A DNA stretch of 63,863 bases, the filler included, from Folioceros fuciformis (lineage: Eukaryota): assembly GCA_049999805.1 (NCBI GenBank). It is 10 parts of 10 records of this genome, joined end to end, with 100 filler letters (N's around TTAATTAATTAA, not from the genome) between each part and the next. Parts side by side here need not be neighbours in the genome. Positions count along the whole stretch, not along the records: positions 25,130 to 46,479 come from JBNGIO010002103.1; 9 more parts are not named here. One strand, given 5' to 3'. Of the stretch, positions 25,030 to 36,757 are shown piece after piece. The notes below the pieces were generated by a model. The model saw only the letters and a program-made list of their open reading frames with translations. It was not told where the DNA came from and did no database searches. A program made the position numbers and the translations under genes. Within the stretch, counting starts at the first letter, position 1. Each line of letters begins with the position of its first letter.

Positions 25030-25329
25030 NNNNNNNNNNNNNNNNNNNNNNNNNNNNNNNNNNNNNNNNNNNNTTAATTAATTAANNNNNNNNNNNNNNN
25101 NNNNNNNNNNNNNNNNNNNNNNNNNNNNNCTAATAACCAAACCAACTATTTCCTGGTCAATTAGCCTAATTAGGCGCAAAATAAAAATAAAAAAAATGAC
25201 CAGAAAATAAAGGAAAATGAGGGAAAATAAGTAGAAAAATAAAACCAAACCATACCGCTATTAACCCTTTTTCAACCAAAACAAACCACTACCCCAAACT
25301 TTGGAGGTTCTTAATTGGCCCGGCCTTTT

Positions 25330-27450
25330 GGTTCCTATCTTCGGACATTTGCGTGCTAGAACTAGGAATCGCAGAGTCCCCTGCCTTCCCCTTCGCCTTA
25401 GCTCTTTTCTTCGTACCTGCACTAGCGATACTCACCTATTCCGACAATTCGCAATTCTTCCACATTCCAAAAATCATGTCAACGTTATCCCAGGGAACTC
25501 CATTGCATCTTGCCACTTTGTAAGGAAGTGTCTGCATGTCAACCATTTTTTGTACCCAGTCCGTGTCGTGGTGATCGCCCCCTTCATCTGTCATCCCTAA
25601 CAACTTATAGAGGTTGAACTTCCATTTCATAGGGGGCTTCTCATCCGCGGAGAATGAGTCCAAGCAAATATGTCGAGCTCATCAAAACATACTTAACCTG
25701 CTCGATGAACCCCATTCTTTTCCTCTTGTCCACATAAACATTATGGTCCACATCTAGTACCCTCATTTCCTCTTCTGTAAGGCTAGCATAGACGTGGTCT
25801 TTCATCCATTTATACTCATCCTTAACAGGAAACATTTAATGCAGTTTCTGCATAGCTGCAAAAGAATGGTTCCCACCAAGCACACCCATACGATAATTTT
25901 GAGCAGTAATCTTCTCCGAAGAGACGTCCTCCTTCTTTGCCGCCTGCTTAGGGTCTATCATACACAGAAGAGGTAAGATACCTTCCTTCACAAATCCCAC
26001 TTGCATCTGTCTCACCAAACATTTCATCCAAGCTTCATCAACTTCTCTTATCTGAGCATCACATGTTATGAAAGAGGCCAGATGTAAAATGTCCACATGT
26101 AAATCAAAAGTTGTTGACCGATTCCTCTTTGCATGCACTTTCTTCCTTATAGCATTCAAGTGGTCCTCATCCTGTCCCAGCCTCTCCAGCCTTTTTGAGT
26201 CGGTTTCCACTACTCAAGTAGGCTCTTACTCAACAATCTATACAGTTCTCCCTTTCTTCTTCATCTTTTGTACTTGTAGATAGGGCTAACCATTTCCTTT
26301 TCTTCTGTGGAGATGTTGCTACAAGACAAGGTCAACAGTGTCTAGGTGAACTTCTGCGCTGGGTTAAAAGCTGTTGCTATGCACCAAAGGCATCCAACAA
26401 AACACACTGAGCAAATGCCTGGCGACTACTGAAAGCTATTACCAGAGGTCTTGTGTCATTGCTTCGCTGGGGAAGCAGACAACTTCAGCTGTCGCGCAAT
26501 TGGTGCGCTGGTCTATCTGCGCACCTGCTTGACTCTCTTTCGGGGAGGTGTAATCTCCATAGGGTAATCTGGGGCCTCATCTTCCTCCGCACTTGAATTG
26601 CGCCTAGCCTCCACAACTTTGTTGAGACTATCCTCAACCAATGAGTACTTCTCCATCTCCTTTCCTTCTTCCTCGCTATATACTGGTACGTCAGGGGCTT
26701 CGTCTTCAAAAAGCTCTGGTTGCATGCACAACATTTCCTGCCTCCCGATACCTAACCCTCCTTCATAGAAAACTGATGGCGCAAACTTCGCTCGTAAGGA
26801 TTGCTGTTGGCGATCTCCTACACGCTTAGCCACAAGCACCATGTTCTTCAGCAGTACGTCTTCCACACACCGCATTACAGTTCTACGAATTGCTCACCAC
26901 CCAATGTGTCGAACAAGTCATGATAGATTAGGTTTCCATGCAAATTACGAACCAAAATAATCAAACACAAATGAAATCAGTTGCTTACATCCACAATATT
27001 TTGGCACTCTTTAAGTGCCGTTTTTAACCACGTGGGTTTGCATCGCCTCAAAATGGCCTTCGCCACATTGACCACAACGAGAATATGTGTGTTGTAGCTA
27101 TAGCCGTCCGAGATGTGACTGGGTGGGTGTTTTGTTAAGATGAAATTCACATTTGTTTCGTCATCCACACCATCCACAGACACACACAAAATCCAACCGG
27201 CTCTGGCTACCTTATTGTCCTCTGGGCCTTGAAACCCATTTACCCATAAAGCAACTAGATGAACCCAAGGCAAAATGAAATCCTCTAGCTCGTCTTCGAC
27301 AACCAAAAACCACTCTTTGTTAGTATAATATCTCTTAGCGAGTGTGTCTTCCAACTTCTTCAACCTCAATCGCTCCATAAAGTCGTAGGCATTTGGAATG
27401 TTGTAATTCTAGCAGCCTCCCGTACTGCCACCCTGTGTCACATTTAGAGC
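25330..27450 (-). pseudogene. Disrupted gene encoding a ParB/Srx-like domain protein (probable transposon cargo)
   Basis: QIREVDEAWMKCLVRQMQVG...ILPLLCMID...YRMGVLGGNHSFAAMQKLH*MFP...HVYASLTEEEMRVL..DHN..MGFIEQ follows the ParB-like pattern R.(V/I)D...L...M / P(L/I)(L/V) / GG(N/Q)H..A / N. In-frame stops and frameshifts. Upstream pieces at 26513-26875 and 26977-27378 are on the same strand. Boundaries approximate. Confidence 0.6.
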
Positions 27451-29306
27451 CAAATGGTTAATAGGTACTCCGCTAGCTTTGGAATTTGATGCCTTGACGC
27501 TGCAAGTAGAGTTGTCCTTTCTCCCAAAAGCAAGTAGCGAATTAGGAGACACATCTTCGCAGATGAGCATTGGCAGACATTGTCCCTCTTTGTCACTATA
27601 ATGGCCAAATGATGCACAAGCAGCTGCTTTTGGCGCCTGTCTTTGCTTCCTTACACACGGAGAAGGCAGAACCGCTTGGACATCCATATGTGCATGAAGT
27701 TGTTTATTGTTCTGACGTCCCGTTGCCATTTCAAAAGTTCAATAAAGTAGAATGAGAAACACTGTTCACCACAACATAGCAGCAGAGACGATGATAATGT
27801 GCCAGCCGCAAAGTAAGAGGAAGATAGCCGAAATTCCAAATCTTGTTCCCAAAATAGTATGTGGAATTCGGACATGGCTCACTACATTAATAGCTTGATC
27901 AAGCTTGGATAAGCTTGCGATTCTTGATCAAGAGCTATTTCTAAATTAGTTCAAACATTCATAATCCACTGTCCATATGCTTCTCCATATGCAAGGCACA
28001 GAATTTCCGTTAATGTTGAACTATTAGAAGCAGTTTCTTCAAGAAGAGCAAGGCGAACGACGATCATTGTATATAATGGCCGACTCACCAATGTCGCCGA
28101 CGCTTAGGGAGTAGTCTCCATCGAACGACTAGAGCACTGGAGGTAAATTTCAGAGATTGTTGCGCTATGCTCAGTAGTTTTCAAGGTCATGTACACAACT
28201 GAAAGCTATGAGTATGATTCTGATATTGTGAATAGGTGTTGTGTTGTGCCGCTAAACATCGCACTCATGCATGATTCATTAGTTAACAATACTCACACCA
28301 CACCATATTACACACACCTTAAACACTGCATGATGGTGCTACAGCTCTATTAAGAGTGAAGCATTTGCTTCCTTCAATCTCCACAAAATCTCCTCCACCT
28401 GCATCCACACGTCTCAGAGCTGTAACTTGGCTTCTCAAATCCTCGATCGGGTCACATGATCTTGCACACTGCACACACGCACATCTCAACCGAATTTCCA
28501 ATAAGAGAATGCTCCCTCAAGAGAAAGCCTATTCCCAAAAAGCAAGACAATACAAGCTTACAACTACAGCGGACACTGTTGAGCTAGGCTTTTATGCCTG
28601 CTACTTGAGACCTGCTGCAGCCACATCCACACATCTAGTTGTGCGTCTATTTAGTTGACTTTATATTATATTATATTTTCTAATCATTTTCACTAAATAG
28701 TTATTAATTATCACTAATGCCATTCATTGGCATCACTTAATTATTAACTAATTACTATTTGCATGCATCTAAGCGACAGCAGACAATCATGCTTGACATA
28801 GGAGATAGAAGGTCACCGTTTTTACTAAATCTTCTAGATGAAGTGCATACGTACTTAAGCCCTTCTCCTGGGAGAACTTCAATTGGAGTTGCCCTTTGGA
28901 AAACGACTCCTTTTCGACTCGGGGACAACGAATTCATCTTAGCATGAGACATTGTTGGAGCAGGATTTGGGGTTTTAGCAACCACTGGTTAGTGTAGAGA
29001 AAATGTTTCCATGTTGCAAGTAGAGGAGGATATGGTTGACTGTGAAGACAGTCATTCTAGAAGTCAGAAGTGTATGAATTTCGGAAAAGAACCAAGTCAG
29101 TGGAGGAGCTTCAATCTAAAACTTGTTTCAGAATCTTTCATCGAAACACCAAATAACCATCGCTGAGGTCGGAAAAAAAAACTGTCAACAATTCCTGAGA
29201 CTAAGTGTTCTAATTTGCGCATTATCGCGAATTATGTTGTGGAAAACAATGTTTGTGGACACTTGGTAAACCTGGTTTTAGAGAATTGTAGTATCGTTTT
29301 CTGTAG

Positions 29307-31825
29307 ATGTGCAGAACAGAGCAAGAAATGTTTTTGCAAATACATTTCGATGTCGAGAAGACTAATAATGCACGACCTATAGCTGATCCATTTGTAATTG
29401 GGTTAGTTAAAATTAAATGCTGCAGAGACAATTTTAGAAGAATTTTTTGCATTGGTGCTAACACATATGTGGCAGTGAAACATCAGGCTTTGGGGAACAT
29501 TGTTTGGTTCGGGGCCATCTGCGTTGATAAGCGGAGACCAGGTTACGCTGAGGCGACGTGCATATGGATGGATAAGTTGTTTCTTCTTATTGCAGAACGA
29601 ATGCCAATGTTGAGGTTTACCATCTTCCAGACTCGAATACAAAGGAGGAAATTTTCATTGAGTACAAACGGCAAATGATGAGAGCCGAGCAGTACAGCAT
29701 TTCGTACTCTTATTTCTATCAATTGTGATCTTCATACTTTCCTAAAGTGCAAATTCCAAAAAACAATAGATTTTCTTTGAGTACTACTTGCGATTACCTG
29801 AAAAGGAACATTCCCTCCAAGTTTGATGAACAAAAGCAAGTTACATCATGTCTTTCAGTTTTCTAGACAACAAATGCTTGACAGTTTTATTTTCATAAAA
29901 ATGACAACTAAGTGCAAAAGTCATTGGAGTTTGCCAATCTACCTACGCACTCTAGCTACAGCATGTTAACGTTTGCTGGTAAACCGGCGAACTCATGTTA
30001 CAGCATGGAACAGTCTGACAGCCTTTCAGATTGAGTTACTTTTCAATTGTTTCGTGTGATCACTCAATGCCTAAAAATTGGCATTCGTTATGGATAGAGG
30101 GGTTCGAAGCACACTTACGAGTACATTGTCAAAGATTGAAGGCCGAACATGAAAAGAGTATGAAGCATCCAGTGAAGTGCTATGGCAATCCAGGAAAATA
30201 TATTGGGTTGTCCATTGGTGGATTAACATAAAACTCAAGTTCCTCATTTTGTGTGCCTTCCGAAAGATTTGGCAAACATTGATCTTATTGATGTACATGT
30301 TGTGGGATGCATGGTGTACAATAGTACTATGGTGTAGGAGCTTTTCATAGAATATGGTAATATCAGGAACGATGCGAACCTGACGATTTCAATTATCTAG
30401 CATGCGATACATGCGTACACAGGACTTCTTCGAGAGGTTTCGTATTTGTAGTTGGACAACACGGCAAGGGAAAATAAAAACACGTTGATATTTTCCTATC
30501 TCAATATGTTAGTGGAGAAAGGAATCTTCAAGAAGGTGAAGATGGGGTTTCTGTTAGTGGACCACACTCACGACCAGGTGGACCAAATGTTTTCTTGGTT
30601 TTCTACTGCTGTGGGTTGAAAAGAAGCTTTGACTCTACCTGCACTCATTGCTGTTATGCAGATCGCTTATACACCAACCTCAGTTGTGCGTGAAGTGAAG
30701 GAGGTGCTTCACTTTCGGCGATTTATGTGGCCTATACCTTACGGGAAAGTTGGTTATTAGACTGTATTCGCTGTTCAGCCGTTGCACAACATTTCTTTCC
30801 AACATCAGTTCAAGATCACAAGAGAGAGCCGAGTAGGTCATGGCTTAATAACAGTGATGAGTGGAAAGTAGTATTGCATAGATCAATATTGGTCACCGGA
30901 TGAGGGTATCGGGTTACTGAAGCATATTCTGGACAAAGAAATAAAAACAACCCCATTTATGCATCTACAATCAAGGAGCAAAAAACAAAAGATTGTTGCG
31001 GACAACGTGCCTACATACGATTTAGCACAAATCAGGTCAAAGTTGGATCTTAATTTGACACAACACTTGGGACTAGGCGAGAACTTATGGTGGGATAGGG
31101 TTTGGGCAGAGCAAGAGGCTATTGTGCAAACAATAAACTTTGGTATGGAGATGGACCTCCATTGCTCGTGGCGATGGTATCATCGAGAAGACGTAGAATT
31201 AGTGAACACACCGGTAACTGTTGCAAACGAATTTGTCGTTGAGAATCCACGTATCCGTGAAGTTCCGAGAAGAGACATGTATGTTGGTGCATATTGGAGG
31301 GAGCCGTAACTCTAGGACAATCGAGAAAGTTTGAATGGGGACATCACATAAATAGAAGCATGCCATATGATTGATGTCCTATGCAAGACAAACAAAGACA
31401 ACGGGCCTTTTTGGATAGCTAGAGTTTTAGAGGTTGATGTCCACTGCAAAAACCCATATGTCAAAGTGCACTCATGGGTCACCAAATGTTCAAATGCTTT
31501 TAAAGGTTGTTACCAAGAAGAGATGATTTTACCTCATCAAGATCCACCTAAAGAGTTGCGAAGTGGTCGCAGACGAAGGCCGACCAAAAGACTTTGCAAT
31601 CATATCGATACGTTATCCATCGAAGACACTTTCATTCTAGCATATGGTTTTGACTTGACACGACAAAAACAGCTTCGTTCTCGCACACGGAACCTTATTC
31701 ACAAAAACGTGTACGTGTTGAAATGCGACCAAGGAAGCATTCCGCCTAAAATTGACGAAGCCGAGTTGGATGTTCAAACCAAAAGTATTTTGAGAAAAGA
31801 TAGAAGATCACTCAGTGCGAACTGA
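29307..31825 (+). pseudogene. Decayed DNA transposase of the LDN...ENKN / GHTH.D.DQ type (Sola-like, DUF7869-type by recollection) with a C-terminal beta-barrel-like domain
   Basis: Across frameshifts: WMDKLF..AERMP, YHLPDSNTKEEIFIEY, ISYSYFYQL*SSYFPKVQIPKNNRFS..TC, PGKYIGLSIGGLT (degenerate IDGMD), NDANLTI, L*LDNTARENKNTLIFSYLNMLVEKGIFKKVKMGFLLVDHTHDQVDQMFS (~30450-30600), NISFQHQFKI, then PFWIARVLEV..VKVHSW..ILAYGFDLT. Confidence 0.8.
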
Positions 31826-33149
31826 TGTACAGTTCAGTTGTTAATACGAAAGTTCTTAGCATAGGAATATGTTTTGTGGTATATCGGTGCATAGATCATG
31901 AGCTTGCATCGGTAGACCAGCGCACTGTTGTGGCTCCCTGCGTCGGAATAAAGGTAAAAATACGATTGACTTGATTTGCTATGAACGAAATGAAGTGGAA
32001 AACAAACAAACAAGACACTCAGTATCGAACATGAAATCAGACAAAAAATTAACGTTGTAATACCCACATGATTTCTAATTTTAGTCAAGAATTTGGATAG
32101 AAGTATACCCGCAAATCCACATATATTGATAAATAGCATGATAGATTTGGTATTACACAAGGCATTTTCATGCATGTTTACGCATTGTTGAAAATAAAAA
32201 CACGAAAATGTAGATACATGACACAAATTTTGAACAAGAAAATCTGGCGAAGTCCAAAAAGACGGAATGTGATCGTTTTGGTTAGACCTTGTTCAAAGAT
32301 GGGATGGACATGAGGTGCTCACCTGAATAGCTCACAGCACAACAGCAGATTAGAATGTCTTAAATCTCGTACAAAACCTGCATCACCAGCCGAGTAGGCA
32401 GGACTGAGGCTGGGTTTACTCTAGGGTGGTCATGACCACCTTGTCAGGAAATGGGGAGGCAGGATTGGGTGGTGCATGTAAAGCCCTTATACACTGTGCG
32501 GTCAAGGTAGCTTCTCTCACTTCTGAAACTTGTCAGTAAGGTGCGGGTAGCTACTAGCACACCCTAACACACCCAACATAAAAAAACTTCGATGCAATTA
32601 TATACTGACCCGTTGCATATTTAACAATGTTATTACGGTCAATGATTTACTAGGCACAGTACGTTTCAATACCCGTTTCATTTTATTACTTCAGCAGCCC
32701 ACGAAACATACTTCTTCCTCAGACCAACTTCATGCACTTCATTTTGGTTAAGCAAGTTTCCCGCTCGTCTTCCACAAAGCTCTGTTCTGCACTTGGTTTG
32801 CTTAACCAAGAAAGACATGGATCCCTTTATTCGTCAGCCTTGTGAAACAATGTTGTCCTACGTAAGTGGTGGTTTCAGCAGTCCAGATGAGTGGCAAGTG
32901 AGTGGCCTGTCACAAGGCTCACAAGTCAATAGCTTTTCACCGACGACCAGTTTTTCTTTGTCACCTTTCACAATGCCCATCCTTGGGGCGTTTATCATTA
33001 GTAATACCTTGCCACCAGCTGGTATGCAGGGTTTGGCAGCAGGCCCTTCCTTGTAGGTACATCCAACACCTCAACCTGCAACTCATCTCCCCCAAGATGA
33101 AGACTGTGTGCAAATCTCTCCAGTGCCCACCAAATGACGAAGGCGTGCT

Positions 33150-33649
33150 GTGAAGAAAGAGCAATTCATGAAGACAGAGGAATTTTCAGCTGGTGGCAAG
33201 AAAGGAGATGCATGGAAAGAGCATCATGTGATAAACCTCATTCTTGTAAGAGGTGGGATGGAGGCCGAATTTGACAAAACTCCAAAACAAGGTTGGCCTT
33301 TTGCTACAATTCAAGAGTTAGTAGCAGCAAATTCCAGTTCTTGTTTAACAATTTTTCTATCCCTCCATGGTTTGACATTGTTGATCTTTATATGCATAAT
33401 CGTGCTCACGTTGTGTGTGAGGCGCATGCTTTTTCACACAAGAGGTCAAGTGTGGACAGTTCTACACTAAGTGGAGCTAGTAATGACGACATCGTTAAAA
33501 AGAGAAAGACCTCTTAAGAAAGTTCAAGTCATGCTATCAGCTTGTTGAGCTCCATGTCCAAGAAACTAGAAGCCCTTGAAGAGAAGAAAGTAGCACTATT
33601 GGAAACTTTAGTTGCCTCTCTAGCCACAAGTTTCAAGAAACAATCTTAG
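33150..33649 (+). pseudogene. Remnant of the Myb/SANT (trihelix) partner ORF of a PIF/Harbinger element
   Basis: WKEHHVINLILVRGGMEAEFDKTPKQG and a C-terminal short coiled coil (KKLEALEEKKVALLETLVASL). Convergent with the Harbinger transposase, as expected for this superfamily. Confidence 0.5.
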
Positions 33650-33675
33650 TTTATATTTGAATTTAGAGTTTGACT

Positions 33676-34360
33676 GCAACTTTCAGGGTTAGTAGCGGCT
33701 GCTAGAGGCATGTTCTATCAGAACTAAGACCACCATCGTGTAGAGATTGTAAAGCTCTGTACGTGCGTGTATAAATCAGGATTTCTTAGGGTCCAAACTT
33801 CACCTGATTTGCACTCAAAGTTTGACTCTCATTTTATATAAACAAAGTCTCACAGCAACTTTGAGTGCTCATAGCAACTGCTAAACACATGTTCCATAAA
33901 AACTAAGACCACCGTAGTGTTTAGCTTGCAAAGGCCTACACGTGGGTATATAAATTATGATTTCTTAAGGTCTAAAAGGAAACTGATTTATCATCAAAGT
34001 TTGTCTTTTATTTTCAATACACAAAGTCATGTTGCAACTTTCAACGTTCGTAGCAACTGCTAAACGCATGTTCTATAAAAACTAAGACATCATCGTGTAG
34101 AGCTTGCAAAGCCCTACACGTGGGTATACAAAACATGATTTCTAAGAGTCCACACGTCAAGATTTGCCATCAAATCTTGCCTTTTATTTTTAATGGGCAA
34201 AGTCTGGCTGCATCTTTGAATGTTCATAGCAACTACTGGAGTCATGCTTTGTAAGATCCAAGTCCATCATCGCATAGAGCATGTAAAGGCCTACGCATGG
34301 GTATATAAATCATGCATTGTAAGAGTCTACATGTGAACTGAAATTCACTTCAAAGAGTTC
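33676..34360. repeat. Diverged tandem array, ~179-bp unit x ~3.8
   Basis: Unit starts GCAACTTT/GCATCTTT at 33676, 33855, 34034, 34210. Shared blocks TAGCAACTGCTA, AACTAAGAC, CCTACACGTGGGTATA, CAAAGTC. Confidence 0.85.
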
Positions 34361-34505
34361 CCTCCTCATCATGAGACTTTACCTCCATATCCTCCCAAGA
34401 AACTAACTTCACATTTTTCTGGCTTCTGGTTTCGTAGAGGACCCTGGCTAGGTTATGGATTCCCTTTACTCCAGCTTGATATCCCGACAAATCCAATGCT
34501 ACTAG

Positions 34506-35744
34506 CTATTGCCTTCCATCAGGATCTACAACCTTATGTCCATTTCCCACGCTAGGTCGCACTCCATTTAGCTCATACAGGGTTTCTCGAGCTACTCTTG
34601 TTGCTTCTTCATCGCCACCATCGACATCATGAACACATGAGTACGCTGCCTTATCCAACCAATCTTGATGAAAAGCATCCTTATGGATAATGCACATGTT
34701 GTATAGAATCAAGTAGGCGTGAACAATAGCAGGGATGTTTTGGAGCTCCATGTCCAATCTTTTTAGTAAGCATCTCCACTTGGCTTTTAAAATTCCAAAT
34801 ACTCTTTCCACAGCCATCCTAGTGGAACTTTGTTCAAAGTTCCAATGCTCCTACACTAGTGTTAGACCATCCTTTGATCCTCTATAAGGCATCAACGTAT
34901 AGAGCCTGGGCCAATAGCCTGCATGTCCTACAAGACAATAGGGTCCTAGCTTGCCTACAACACAATTTTGTCCAAGTTCAGATCTAGTGAATAGATTCCA
35001 ATCATTCAAACTACCTGCCCATCCGAAGTCATAATCCCACACTAAGCAATTTGCAGTCACTGTTAATAGAAGAAGTTAAGAATAGAAACCTTTCTTGTTA
35101 TAGTAGTCACCCTTGTTTTTGCAAGATCCAATAATGGGAATATGACTCCCGTCTATAGCTTCAATCACATACGGAATCCCTTGCAGTTCACGAAACTCAG
35201 ATGCATACTCAACCATTTTGCTCTTTGTAGGCCACATGATATATGTATCATGGAACTTACAAACAAGTGCTCTACAAAACTCCAAAGTAGCCTTACCAAC
35301 TGTAGATGTGCTATATCCATAACAGTCGGCAAGTATCTTGAGAGTGTCTCCAGTTGCTAGCTCCTCAAGTATCTTGAGAGTGTCTCCAGTTGCTAGCTCC
35401 TCAGTGCCATGGCAATTCTGGCATCCAAGGAATGGCTTTCCGGAATGTGGTGTCTTTTTTGTGGGCCAATTTCAGCACACAAATATTGGAAAGTGGCTTT
35501 GCTCACTCGACAACGCTGCCCGAACATTTAATCTGTGTAAGACCCAAGAAGGGATTGATTTGTGAAACCATGGTTTCGATTCACACACCATGTTGACCGT
35601 TGTTTTCTTTGTCTCCCACTAGACTCCAACAATTCTTGATGCAAAGCCACTGCTGCAGTAGATATGAATGTCCGTAGGAAGATGAACAAATCTCGAGAGC
35701 ACACAACACACTCAGAGCTAATAAAATCTTCTCTCTACAGCCAT
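34506..35744 (-). pseudogene. PIF/Harbinger (HARBI1-like, DDE_Tnp_4) transposase, disrupted
   Basis: RVSKATFQYLC, LATGD..YGYSTSTV, IPYVIEAIDGSHIPI, YYNKKGFYS, GWAGSLND, LVGHAGY, STRMAVERVFGILKAKWRCL, LYNMC. Multiple stops and a 36-bp internal duplication at ~35330-35401. Confidence 0.9.
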
Positions 35745-35747
35745 TTT

Positions 35748-36190
35748 ACAGCGTTGCCAATTCTGTGTCCTCATGGCTATCCAAGTCCATCACTGTAGGA
35801 ATTTGGAGAGCCATCTCACTGTCCTCCCCTTCCGTGTAGAAGCCTTCTCGACGCCCATTCTGCAGCGTTGCCAATTCCATGTCCTTGCAGCTATCCACGT
35901 CCATCACTGCAAGAATTTGGAGAGCCATCTCAGGCTCCTCCCCTTCCATGTAGGAGCCTTATGGACGCCCATTTTTAGCGTTGCCAATTCCATGTTCTTG
36001 CAGCTATCCACATCCATCACTGCAGGAATTTGGAGAGCCATGCAGCTATCCACATCCATCACGGCAGGAATTTGGAGAGCCATGCAGCTATCCACATCCA
36101 TCACGGCAGGAATTTGGAGAGCCATGCAGCTATCCACATCCATCACTGCAGGAATTTGGAGAGCCATCTCATGCTCCTCCCCTTCCACGT
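35748..36190. repeat. Nested tandem repeat: ~114-bp unit x3, with a 42-bp sub-unit amplified x4 in the third copy
   Basis: GCGTTGCCAATT at 35751, 35865, 35978. GCAGCTATCCACATCCATCACTGCAGGAATTTGGAGAGCCAT at 36000, 36042, 36084, 36126. Confidence 0.9.
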
Positions 36191-36757
36191 AGGAGCTTTC
36201 TCTACGTTGTGGCCTCAACCCTAAATTGGTTACGAAATTATAACAAGTTGTTAACATAAAGAGGTGCTGCAAAGACAAGATGTAAATACCTCTCCATGAA
36301 CCGTGATGCCGGGAACGGGATGTCAGAAAATAGAGTTCGACCGGTCAAGTGTACAACCACGTACAACCACGTCTATGTCACCATGTGTCAGGGTCATAAC
36401 CGGCCGGTGGGTGAGCAGTGCTTCGTGGCACCGACGGCCCGGTCATAGTGTAAAACCCGGCCTGAAATGTAGCTTGGCTTTCTGACACTGTAGAGACTCG
36501 TAGGCCATCGGATCGTTGGTCGGATAGCCAACCATTATTTCTGGGGGTTGCGTGAAAACTGCTGCTCTCTCGAGCTGAGCGAGCAAAACACAACGCCTGA
36601 ACAACAGACAAACTTTTTCCTTTCACATGCTAGTGACAGTCTCCGGATTGTGCGAGACAGTCGCCGCATTGGGCGAGACATCCTAGAATCTTCCCTGTCA
36701 CTTAGAATCTACGTCGTCGACATCGAAGACTCTGAAGTTTACAGAATACGTACCTTG

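Noticed and set aside
32425-32440. 16-bp palindrome GGTGGTCATGACCACC as a transposon terminus
   Set aside because: No matching inverted partner or TSD was found at the other side of either the Harbinger or the Sola-like element.
36000-36167. 42-bp repeats as a CRISPR array
   Set aside because: Units are head-to-tail with no unique spacers, there are no cas genes, and the context is eukaryotic.
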